Shown here one piece after another: positions 30,062-39,614 of a stretch of DNA of 64,000 nucleotides. The notes beneath the pieces are model-generated. The model searched no databases. It saw nothing but the letters and a program-made list of their open reading frames with translations, and was not told where the DNA came from. Position numbers and translations under genes: made by a program. The DNA is from Dehalococcoidia bacterium (GTDB taxonomy: Bacteria > Chloroflexota > Dehalococcoidia > UBA2979). The DNA is taken from assembly GCA_965219085.1 (NCBI GenBank), contig OZ244720.1, positions 1,824,001 through 1,888,000 of the forward strand, given 5' to 3'. How positions within the stretch are numbered: the first letter of the stretch is position 1; each line of letters begins with the position of its first letter.

Positions 30062-30529
30062 CTACCGGGCGGCGACGCCCGCGCGCTCACCGTCGATGCG
30101 CGGGTCCCTGTCGAGCCACAGGTCCTCATCGCCGTGGCGGGCCGCCGTGCGAGCGGACGCCACCTGGGCCTCGGCGGCATTGGCGGCGGCGCGAGCGCTG
30201 AAGAGCATGTCGAGCGCGCGGTCGCCCGACTTCAGGGCGCGCCAGCGGGCCTCCCTCGCGTACGTCGGGCCGCGTGTCGCGAGGCGAGTTGCGTCCGCGG
30301 GGCGTTCCTGTTCGGTCAGCGCGAGGTGGTACATCTGCCCGGCGTGCGCGTGCTGTAGTTGGGCCTGCTCCGTCGCCTTCGGGTCGCCGAGGTGACGCGT
30401 ATCCCGCACCGCGGCTGCTGCGCGTCGTACCTCTCCGAGCGTGGAGTCCGCGAACCTCTTGGCCCTCGCCGCGTGCGTCGCGGTCGCCTGCTGGTCGGTC
30501 AGTTCGCTTGTCGCCTGGTTGGTCGTCAT
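30062..30529 (-). CDS. Hypothetical alanine-rich helical protein
   Basis: AGGAGA RBS before ATG; 155-aa ORF. Confidence 0.55.
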   Translation of the reverse strand: MTTNQATSELTDQQATATHAARAKRFADSTLGEVRRAAAAVRDTRHLGDPKATEQAQLQHAHAGQMYHLALTEQERPADATRLATRGPTYAREARWRALKSGDRALDMLFSARAAANAAEAQVASARTAARHGDEDLWLDRDPRIDGERAGVAAR

Positions 30530-31172
30530 CGGGACAGTCTCCTAATGGGTCTTCCGGGAGCACTACGCCGCCGACATCGTGTCGTGCGGCAAGACGGACC
30601 CCCTGTGTTGACGGGAGTCCGCGATTGACCTCGAGGGGTGGGGTGTCACCTGTACGCGCGCACGTAGGAAGCACAGCCACACGCAGAGTCCCGGCGCAGG
30701 GCGCAGGAATCCCCGTGGGGCGATCGTCGAGGTGGCGGGTGAGTGACGAGACACCATGCTGCAGCGAGTGCTGCATGGTGAGCCCTGGGCGCGGATCGAG
30801 GTCGGTCCGCGAGCAGGTGTCCGCTTACACAACTCCGCCCACCGAAGAATGGTGGTCAGCGTTGCGCAGGTGGCCGGAGGTCGTCAGCGTGAGGTGCCGG
30901 GATCTCCTGCGCGCTTGGTTGTTCGCGAGTCCGCAAGCGGAGTCGGGAGCATCGTGCGCGAACGATGTCTAAGCAAGCTCATCCGAAGATGTGCGAGCTG
31001 CTGGCTGGATGGTTGTACGAGGCCGGCGGATGAGAGCGAGTGTCCTCGTCTGCTATCTGCCGCAACTGCTTCGTCCAGTCTCGTGTTTTGGATGAATCCT
31101 GGCTCACGAGTGCAGCGCTGTATTGAGGGCGGTAGTGTCCCCGTCCCGCGACCAGCCAGTCAAGGGGGTTAA

Positions 31173-31575
31173 GCGTCCGTGGACAGACTTTCTCTGTCCG
31201 CAGCGTCCGTGGACACTTTTTCCGCCTCGTCCGCAGCGTCCGTGGACACCTGTCCGCCTCGTCCGCAGCGTCCACGAGGCTCAAGCGCTGCCCACGCACA
31301 GGCCCAGGACGAGCGTCCGCAGCGTCCGCGAGGCTCAAGCGCGGCCCCACGGACAGGCCCAGGACGAGCGTCCGCAGCGTCCGCGAGGCTCAAGCGCGGC
31401 CCCACGGACAGGCCCAGGACGAGCGTCCGCAGCGTCCGCGAGGCTCAAGCGCGGCCCCACGGACAGGCCCAGGACGAGCGTCCGCAGCGTCCACGAGGCT
31501 CAAGCGCGGCCCCACGGACAGGCCCAGGACGAGCGTCCGCAGCGTCCACGAGGCTCAAGCGCGGCCCACGGACAG
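31173..31575. repeat. Iteron-like tandem array (about 33-bp units then about six 55-bp units)
   Basis: GAGCG recurs at 31311, 31366, 31421, 31476, 31531; shared core GTCCGCAGCGTCC. Confidence 0.9.
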
Positions 31576-32030
31576 CCCGGAGCAAGGCGCACATGAGTCG
31601 CCAGGGCGCCCTCCGCGCGCCGACAGCGCCGCATGAGGGGGCCATGACCGCCAAAAGTGTCCGTGAGACGTGTCCACGGACAGAATCCATGCACGTTAAC
31701 TATAGATCTCTCTCATTAAGTTTCTTTTCTTGTCTCTCGTCCTCCGCCTCTTCCCGCTCCCCACTCCTCATTCCTCGCTCCTCGCCTCTCGCTTCTCGAC
31801 ACCCCATCCGCATCACCATTCCCCGCCCCATCCTTCCCCGTGCCTTCCACGCTTCTCCACGACCCATCCACTTCCACCCCTCCTGCTCCGTGCCACCTCT
31901 GCTCCTGGCTCATCCACTCTTGCTCCTTCACGCTCCACCCCGGCTCGCCCTGCTCTCCTGGCCCCGGCCACGTCACGGGGATCGCTTCCACCGCGTAGCC
32001 CGGTGCTCCCGTAACCGCGACCGAATCCGT

Positions 32031-32771
32031 GCCGCTGCGCGCGACCTGGTGCACGCGTGCACGAGGTGAGCCGGGGGTCGGCGCCACGAGCTGCCGCGGG
32101 CCGGGGAAGAGGCGGTGGCGCGGGCCTGTCGCCGGGCTGCGCCTCGCGCCGGGGGCGCGCTCGGCTGGACCCGCCTCGGGCCGCTCCGCGCCGAGGGGCC
32201 ACACGTCGCTGCGCGCGACCTGGTGCGCGCGTGCACGAGGTGAGCCGGGGGTCGGCGGCCACGAGCTGCCGTGGACGCCGGGGAAGGAGCGGTGACGCGG
32301 GCCTGTCGCCGGGCTGCGCCTCGCGCCGGGGGCGCGCTCGGCTGGACCCGCCTCGGGCCGCTCCGCGCCGAGGGGCCACACGCCGCTGCGCGCGACCTGG
32401 TGCGCGCGTGCACGAGGTGAGCCGGGGGTCGGCGGCCACGAGCTGCCGTGGACGCCGGGGAAGGAGCGGTGACGCGGGCCTGTCGCCGGGCTGCGCCTCG
32501 CGCCGGGGGCGCGCTCGGCTGGACCCGCCTCGGGCCGCTCCGCGCCGAGGGGCCACACGCCGCTGCGCGCGACCTGGTGCACGTGTGCACGAGGTGAGCC
32601 GGGGGTCGGCGCCACGAGCTGCCGTGGGCGCCGGGGAAGGAGCGGTGACTCGGGCCTGTCGCCGGGCTGCGCCTCGCGCCGGGGGCGCGCTCGGCTGGAC
32701 CCGCCTCGGGCCGCTCCGCGCCGAGGGGCCACACGCCGCTGCGCGCGACCTGGTGCGCGCGTGCACGAGGT
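32031..32771. repeat. About 177-bp tandem repeat, four full copies plus a partial fifth
   Basis: GACCTGG at 32043, 32217, 32394, 32571, 32747. Confidence 0.93.
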
Positions 32772-32967
32772 GGCCGGAACGTGCCGGAATACGCTTCCGC
32801 ACGCGTGTGCCACGGAGAGGGCGCGAGGCTGCAGTCACCCTGATAGAATACGGCCAGAGAGGAACACATGGGCTACTCACAAGGCGACGAGAGCAGGGGA
32901 GCGCGGGAGCGGGCGGTGGCCCCCCGGACGCTCCGCCGAGCGCCGCCAGCAGTGAGCAGAGGCCTAG

Positions 32968-33512
32968 CAGGGTGCTGAAAAAGGCGCGGCCATCTGGCAG
33001 GATGGGGCTGGCGGCGGGGGCATAGCCTGGGAGGCAGCCCCGTGCGAGGTGACGCCGAGCGCCAGACCAACATGTTGCTGGCGGTGACGCCGGACTCCTT
33101 CATCCCGGACGACCACCCGATCCGACGCATCAAACCGATCGTCGATGCCGCGCTGCAGCGGCTCTCGCCGCTGTTCGGCACGATGTACGCAACGAGCGGG
33201 CGGCCCTCGATCCCGCCCGAGCACCTGCTCAAGGCGAGCCTGCTGATCGCGCTCTACTCGGTGCGCAGCGAGCGCCAGTTCTGCGAGCGGCTGCGCTACG
33301 ACCTGCTCTTCAAGTGGTTCTTGGACCTCAACATCTCAGACGCGCCGTTCGACGCCTCGACCTTCTCCAAGAACCGCGAGCGCCTGCTCGCAGCCGATGT
33401 CGCGCGCGCCTTCTTCGCCGAGGTGGTGGCCGAGGCAAAGCGCCGCCGGCTGCTCTCCGCCGAGCACTGCACGGTGGACGGGACGCTGCTCGAGGCGTGG
33501 GCGTCGCTCAAG
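32968..33512 (+). mobile_element. IS5-family left end and 5' transposase fragment (CDS from 33042)
   Basis: CTAG then CAGGGTGCTGAAAAA end; MRGDAERQ, GRPSIPPEHLLKA, YSVRSERQ, VDGTLLEAWASLK, then cut by IS1111. Confidence 0.85.
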
Positions 33513-33624
33513 AGATGGCATGAGGGCCGGTCTCTTCCTCAAGGGGGATACTCGCCCCCGAAACAGCGGCCTCGATGGGCCAGAACGGCTCTTTGCGGAG
33601 CTTTGACGAGGTAGGAGACCGGCC

Positions 33625-34713
33625 GTGCAGCAGGATACCGCAACGACGTGGAGCATTGAGGGCAAGGAAGGGTCAGGGGTCACCATCGGCCTCGACGTGG
33701 GCGACCGCTACACCCACGTCCACGCCCTCGGCGCCGGCGGGGAGGTGGTACGTGAGAGGCGCGTCCGCACCACGACGGCAGCGCTGGGCATGGTGCTGAC
33801 CGGCCTCCCCCCATCGCGGGTCGTGATCGAGGCGGGGCCGCGCTCGCCGTGGCTGAGCCGCCTCATGGCGGACCTCGGCCACGAGGTGGTCGTCGCCAAC
33901 CCGCGCCAGGTCGCGCTGATCGCCCGCAGCCAGCGCAAGACCGACCGGCTCGACGCCGAGTGGCTGGCGCGGCTGGGGCGCTTCGACCCCCAGTTGCTCG
34001 CCCCGATCCGCCACCGCAGCGAGGCGAGCCAGCACGACCTCGCCGTGGTGCGCGCCCGCGACGCGCTGGTGCGCTCGCGGACGCTGCTCATCAACCACGT
34101 GCGCGGGGCCGTCAAGGCCTGCGGAGCCGCGTTGCCGTCGTGCACGGCCGAGGCGTTCCACCGCAAGACGGCGGACCACATCCCCGACGGGCTGCGCCCG
34201 GCGCTGCTGCCGCTGGTGGAGGCGATCGGCGAGCTGACCGCGCGCATCGCGGCGGCCGGCCGCGAGATCGAGGCGTTGTGCGAGGCTCACTCCGAGACCG
34301 CGGCGCTGCGCCAGGTCACGGGCGTCGGGCCGATCACCGCGCTCACGTTCGTGCTGACGATCGAGGATCCTGGGCGCTTCCCGAAGAACCGCGAGGTCGG
34401 CGCCTACCTCGGGCTCGTGCCGAGGCAGCGCGACTCGGGCGAGCGCACGCCGCAACTCGGCATCGGCAAGAGCGGCGATCCGCACCTGCGGCGGCTGCTG
34501 GTGCAGGCCGCGCACTACATCCTCGGCCCCTTCGGGCCCGACACCGACCTCCGCCGCTGGGGTGAGCGCTACACCGCTACGGGGGCCGGTAACGCGAAGA
34601 AGCGCGCCGTCGTGGGCGTCGCGAGGCGGCTGGCGGTGCTGCTGCTCGCGCTGTGGAAGACCGGCGAGGTCTACGAGCCGTTGCGCGACGCCGCGGCGCA
34701 GGAGGCCGCGTAG
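33625..34713 (+). CDS. IS110/IS1111 DEDD recombinase
   Basis: IGLDVGD, VIEAG, KTDRLDA, GVGPITA, YLGLVPRQRDSG. Confidence 0.95.
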   Translation: MQQDTATTWSIEGKEGSGVTIGLDVGDRYTHVHALGAGGEVVRERRVRTTTAALGMVLTGLPPSRVVIEAGPRSPWLSRLMADLGHEVVVANPRQVALIARSQRKTDRLDAEWLARLGRFDPQLLAPIRHRSEASQHDLAVVRARDALVRSRTLLINHVRGAVKACGAALPSCTAEAFHRKTADHIPDGLRPALLPLVEAIGELTARIAAAGREIEALCEAHSETAALRQVTGVGPITALTFVLTIEDPGRFPKNREVGAYLGLVPRQRDSGERTPQLGIGKSGDPHLRRLLVQAAHYILGPFGPDTDLRRWGERYTATGAGNAKKRAVVGVARRLAVLLLALWKTGEVYEPLRDAAAQEAA

Positions 34714-34799
34714 CAAGGCGCGGCGCCGAAGCAACCGACCAGGAGAGCGAGACTGAGACGGACCTGGGAGGAGGCCCAGCAAACCAACCACTGCACGTG

Positions 34800-34950
34800 A
34801 TGCCGGGCAACGGGCGACTGCGAGGCGGTAGCGGTCCAACAAGGACGTTCAAGAGTTGGCAGCGCCCCCTGGAAGCAGGATGTGCCTTCATGCACCGGGC
34901 CCGATACGTGGCCCATCAAAGAGTGCGGATAGAAGCTCGGCACAGGCTCC
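34800..34950 (+). ncRNA. Candidate bridge/seek RNA in downstream non-coding region (boundaries approximate)
   Basis: Contains TCAAGAG (left target plus core), ATAGAAG (right end plus core) and CCATC (complement of left end). Confidence 0.6.
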
Positions 34951-35037
34951 GTCAGGGGACATCACGAGCGGATCGGCCCCGATGTCGAGGAGCGCCACGC
35001 CCCGAGGAGGAAGCCGCCACGTCGGCCTTGCAGAAAG

Positions 35038-35948
35038 GTCGGGTAAGGGGCTGGCGCGGTACGAGCCGTAGGCAGTGGCGCTTATCCCGCCGGTTTCCCG
35101 CCGGTGCTCACTTCCACGTGCCGTAGCCAACGCCCGTTTCCAGCCCCTCCCCTTCGAACCGTGCATGCGGTTCTCCCGCACACGGCTCACCGACGTCCTT
35201 CACCGGATGGCATTCGGCCCCGCCCGCCACGCACGCTCCACAACGTCCCTGCGGTGGACTTTGTCGTAGAGCGCGTGAAAACGTCGCTCGGCTCGGCCTT
35301 GGCCGCCCGGTAGAGCGTGTGCTGTAGTTCTCGGACCTTTTGCTCGGCGGTTCTAGCCACGACGGGCACTCGCCAATCCTTCCCCAAGCTACACGCGCAG
35401 ACGAAGTAGCGGCCCTTCCCTCACCGGCGGTTCTGTTGTCCGCTCGGCTCAATCGGTACTATGGCCGCCTCCGACTCCCTCCCGGCCGGCTACCCACTTC
35501 CCGGTTCGTCACCGGTTATAGGGCACCTCGCTCCGGCACCAATCCGCAGGCGCCGGACCGGGGAGGGCCTCCCCAGTTCCCGCCGTCACCTTCCACACGT
35601 TCCGCGCCCTCTACGCCGGGAGGTTCTTCGGGGTTGCGCCTCCAGGCTCTTCACCCCTTCCATGGCCTTCGCCCTGACGGCCGGGGCTCGGCTCCTCCTT
35701 GTTCCCACCATGCGGTGGGTATGTTCACGACGCGGCAGACTTCGCTTCATGCTGCGGACCGCGTGGTCGCTCCCCCTCAAGGGCTTTCGACATCGGGCTC
35801 CGGCCCGGCCCGTTTCCAGACCCGACCGCCGATCTGCTACCGGGCCCCCTGGCAGTTACCCGGACCGGACTTTCACCGGTAGGCGACGACGAGCATGTCT
35901 CCGGACTGATCAGATCATTCTGCACCGTCCTTCGACTTCAGGGCGCAC
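35038..35948 (-). mobile_element. Group II intron with internally deleted RT ORF (911 nt)
   Basis: 5' GTGCG; domain V GAGCCGTGTGCGGGAGAACCGCATGCACGGTTC; domain VI ending CCCGAC; RT stub KVRELQHTLYRAAK...FHALYDKV; EBS1 GCCGTC pairs with 5' exon GACGGT. Confidence 0.92.
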
Positions 35949-35963
35949 ACCGTCCCTCATAGA

Positions 35964-36270
35964 AGTGACCGCTGCGGCTCGGAGGCGTCGCCGGGACTGT
36001 CGTCAGCACCCGCCTCGACCGCGGCGACCTCCGCCGCGACCGGCTCGGGTGCGGCCCACGCGGCGTCGACGAGCAGCGCTTCGGCGTCCGCGGCGACTTG
36101 CTGCGCCTGGGCGAAGACCGACTCGACCGAGCCGGCATCCTCCTCGCCGGCGATGATCTTCCTGGCCAGCGCCAGCATCAGGTCGTCACCGTCGTCCCAG
36201 CGCCACTCGAAGACGCACAGCGTCGGAGCCTCGCGCCGACTCCGCGCCTTCGGCTCCGGCTGCTCGCCGG
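35964..36270 (-). pseudogene. Probable C-terminal fragments of the island helicase
   Basis: DDGDDLMLALARKII...EPQRSL cut by the IS1111 right end; assignment to the helicase is from recalled family similarity. Confidence 0.5.
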
Positions 36271-36274
36271 CCCC

Positions 36275-36685
36275 CTATCGGAGCAGGGCGACGAAGCCAG
36301 CCTGCACGAAGTCCCGGTCGTGAGCGAGTGCCTCCGAGATCCCTCGCTCCTCCATGACAAGGAAGCTCGCGCAGTCGGTGAGACTCTAGGTCTGATCCGG
36401 GCGGCTGGCGTAGCGCTCGACGGCGGCCCGGAACTGCGCGTCCGTCTGCGGGGTCACCTCGACGTTTTGGCTGCGTTCGGCCCGCTCCACAACCCCATAG
36501 GCCAGGGACCGCTGTCGTTCCCCTCGGCTCCCGAAGATGTTGAGCATCTCGACCAGCACCATCTGGGTGGTCACGATGCGGCGCGGCCCGAGCGCCCTTG
36601 TCAGAGCGAGTGCCTTCTCGTGCAGCCTGTCACGAGGATCCTCAAGTGCGACCCAGTACCCCGTATCTGCGAATACGTCGCTCAC
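36275..36685 (-). pseudogene. vapC: VapC/PIN toxin with in-frame TAG
   Basis: VFADTGYWVAL...DQT*SLTDCASFLVM...DRDFVQAGF; stop at 36386-36388 where W is expected. Confidence 0.85.
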
Positions 36686-36954
36686 AGGTTCCGGTCCTTC
36701 GGGTGGCCGTACAAGTAGTGCTTGTAGTTCTCGGCGAGGTCATGGGGCCGATCGTCACGCTCGTCGGCTGGCGCGGACGCGTGCAGTTCCTCGATGAGTT
36801 GCACAAGGGCCCCCCCGCTTCCTTCAGCCCCCTCCTGCGACGCACGCGATGTGTCATCCATCGACACCGTCACCTCCGCGCCCTCGTCCAGGTCGACAGG
36901 CTCCGTAGGCGTGAACACGCCATTGGCGTAGGTAGCCTTCACAGTTGTGGTCAT
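36682..36954 (-). CDS. DUF104/AF2212-like antitoxin
   Basis: TVKATYANGVFTPTEPVDLDEGAEVTV...DLAENYKHYLYG; overlaps vapC start. Confidence 0.8.
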   Translation of the reverse strand: MTTTVKATYANGVFTPTEPVDLDEGAEVTVSMDDTSRASQEGAEGSGGALVQLIEELHASAPADERDDRPHDLAENYKHYLYGHPKDRNL

Positions 36955-37110
36955 GGTCGATCCTCCCGGCGCGCGCCTGCGTCTATCCTACCGCGCGTTA
37001 GGCCCCGGTTGGACGGTCGGGGGAACCGGAAAGGCGCTTACCACCGCGCGCAGTCAGCCGCGCCGTCCACGAGTAGCGCAGCGTTTGGTGTGGATTGGAA
37101 AACCGAGACC

Positions 37111-37870
37111 TCCGTTTCGTACCAGCAGATGGTGGGGAAGTCGACGAGGTCGAGGCCCGTCTGCACCAGCCGCAGATGGCAGACGAGCACGTCGACGCCC
37201 TCCTCGACCCGCTGCGCCACCCAGGCCTCGCGACGTTCGGGAGCGACGGATCCCGGCTTAATCACCGCGACCGTGAAGCCGTGGCGAGTGAGGAAGTCGT
37301 CCATCCGCTCCGTGATGTCACGCGTTCCCGTGTGGGTGGCGTAGACCAGCACCCGCCGGCCCGCCAGGCGCTCGGCGGCGACGAGGTCGACGAGGGACTG
37401 CTCCTTCGGGTAGAGCTTCTCCTCGGAGAGGGGAGGCACCTGGATGAGCACCTCCCCGGACTCCGGGTCGAAGACCGTCTCGCCGCGCGTGCAGCCGTCC
37501 GGGTAGGCCAGGAGCGTCTGCAGGTAGGTGGCCAGCAGCCGCTTCGAGCCCTTCGCCAGCACTTCCGTGAGGGCGGCGCGCAGCGTCTCGAAGACGGAGT
37601 CGTAGGCGCTCCGCTGGGAGAAGCCGCTACCGTCCTCCTCGTCGTCCATCGAGGAGAGCAGCACCCGCTCCTCGTAGGGCGGCAGCCCGGAGGCCACGTC
37701 CGAGAGGCGCAGGAAGATGCTGGCGCCGATGAGGTGAAAGAGCGCCGCGGGGGCGAGCCCCGGCCGCTCCCGGATCACCTTGCGGTACTTGCGGCGGCGG
37801 CTCGTGCGCCCGTCCTCGAGCGACTCGCCGTCGTCGCGCCCGATGGTGTGCTCGACGAAGCCGTAGCGCC
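37111..37870 (-). pseudogene. SNF2/DEAD-like helicase fragment A
   Basis: KLYPKEQSLVDLV, RRVLVYATHTG, LVQTGLDLVDFPT; truncated at WYET. Confidence 0.8.
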
Positions 37871-39371
37871 CTATCTTCTTCGTCAAGGCCATCGGGCTCC
37901 TGAAGCTGGCTGAGTCGACGTCATCACGCGGCGACCGGACGGTCGTGCGGGATCTTCGCCCGGTACGGCCGGCGCGAGCGGAGCATGGCCAGGATGACGT
38001 CGCAGCGCCGGCGCGCGAGGCAGATGACCGCGGCGTTGTGTCGCTTCCCCTCGGCGCGCTTGCGGTCGTAGAAGGCCCTCGAGGCGGGGTCTCGCAACGA
38101 GGCGAAGGCGGCGAGGAACATCGCGTTCTTGAGCCTGTGGTTGCCGCGCCGGCTGCGCGCCTCGCCGCGGAGGCTGGAGCCCGACTGGCGTGTCACCGGC
38201 GCGAGTCCGGCGTAGCTCGCGAGCCTCGATCCGTTAGCGAAGCGGGAGCCGTCGCCGATCTCAGCGAGGATCCTCGACCCTGTCCGGGGGCCGATGCCCG
38301 GCAGCGTCCGGAGGATGCGTCCGAAAGGGTGTGCCTCGAAGAGGGCCTCGATCTCGGCCTCGAGCCGCTTGCGGCGCTCCAGCGTGCGGTCGAGTTCGGC
38401 GACCACCTCGGCGATCACGCGCCCCGTCACGGCCTCGACGGGCACGACGACGGTCTGCGCGTCGAGGGCCTCGGCGACGGTCGCGGCCAAAGCCTTCGCG
38501 AGGCGCGGCGAGCGCTTCCGCACCACCCGCGCGATCCGGCCGCGCCCGGCCGCAGCCAAGGCTTGGGGCACCGGGTGGCGGGTGAGGAGGTCGCGTACGC
38601 CCGGATGGTGCAGCCTGGGACCCAGAACGCGCTCCAGGGCCGGGGACACGCTCGTCAGCCGTCCCGCAGCCGGTTGGAGAGCCGCGTGGCGTCCGCGGCG
38701 AGGTCGGTGTCGTAGCCGTTGAGGACGCGCAGCTGATCGAGCAGCTCGTCGTCGCCGGCGTCGAGCCAGTGCACCTGGTGGCGCCGGGTGCGGCCGGTGT
38801 CGGCGATCACGAAGGCGTCGCGGCGGTCGGTCTTGGCCTCGCCCGGGTAGAGGTCGGCGGCGCGGCGCATGACCAGGCCGGGCACGTATGCGACCGGCAC
38901 ACCGAGGCGCGCAGCGACGGCGAGCACGAGGCTGGCGAGCGAGCCGGGCTGGTCGACGACCAGCGCAGGGGTACCGAGGGCCTGGGCGCGGCCGAGGAGC
39001 GCCTCGATGTCGGCCTCGCCGTTGGCCACGGCGCCGGCGAACAGCGGCGAGCCCGCGGCGTCCAGCACTTCAGCGAAATGTTCTGCCTTGCCGATGTCGA
39101 GGCCAATCCACACGTCGATGTCGTCGGGCGTTCCCACTGCGGCTCCTCATGGGTGCTTCGTCCACTCGTCCGGAAGGCCGCAGGTGCGCGCGCCGTCATC
39201 CACCTTACGAATCAGCGATCAGGTCGCATGTCCCCATCAGAGGTTCACGCACCGAGCAGCGCCGGTGGCAACACCCCCCAAGGCCGTCGAGCGACAGGGG
39301 GCACTGAGCCATGCCGGCACTGCCGGACTCCCGGCCCGGGAACCTACCCAGGCCGCAGGAAGAAGGTAAGG
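37871..39371 (-). mobile_element. IS110 (IS900/IS116-type) element, transposase 39137-37924 frameshifted near 38655, right end clipped
   Basis: IGLDIGK, VDQP, KTDRRDA, PGIGP, YAGLAPVTRQSG; left end CCTTACCTT; TTGACG near right end. Confidence 0.88.
39190..39345 (-). ncRNA. Candidate bridge RNA of third IS110 (boundaries approximate)
   Basis: GTGCCCCCT matches junction GTACCCCCT; GTAAGG is complementary to left end CCTTAC; each guide pair flanks a hairpin. Confidence 0.6.
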
Positions 39372-39614
39372 GGGTACGCATGTGCTAGATCGCCCTGCAC
39401 GGCAGACCCCAGCGCGACGTGCAGTGCGACGGCACGCGCCGTCGCTCCCTCCGCCGTCTCAGGTGCATGGACTGGTCTGTCGAGCGTGATGCACATGCCT
39501 CCCGCAGCACGGATCCAACTCCATGGCAACGTACCACCTTGTTGTGAACCTTCAGTGGACAACAGGCCCGCTACGATGACAGTCCGGTGGACATTCTCAG
39601 GAAAAAGCTACGGA

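Larger units (their letters stand above)
33513..35963 (+). mobile_element. IS1111-group (IS110 family) element carrying a group II intron in its right IR
   Basis: Sub-terminal IRs ATGAGGGCCGGT (33520-33531) / ACCGTCCCTCAT (35949-35960) set 7 bp and 3 bp from the ends; AG core at both junctions. Confidence 0.85.

Noticed and set aside
31173-32771. CRISPR array
   Set aside because: Units are tandem near-identical repeats with no unique spacers, and there are no cas genes
31123-33025. Long ORFs across the repeat arrays
   Set aside because: Low-complexity Arg/Ala/Pro translations in several frames; unit lengths of 55 and 176 bp shift the frame
35187-35387. Retron or DGR reverse transcriptase
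   Set aside because: Only an N-terminal stub inside clear group II intron RNA domains; no YADD core and no TR/VR pair
7559-36388. Amber recoding suggested by two in-frame TAGs (permease, vapC)
   Set aside because: Each is one substitution from a different expected codon (CAG, TGG), and core genes such as ribBA, hemA, hemL and dnaN end in TAG
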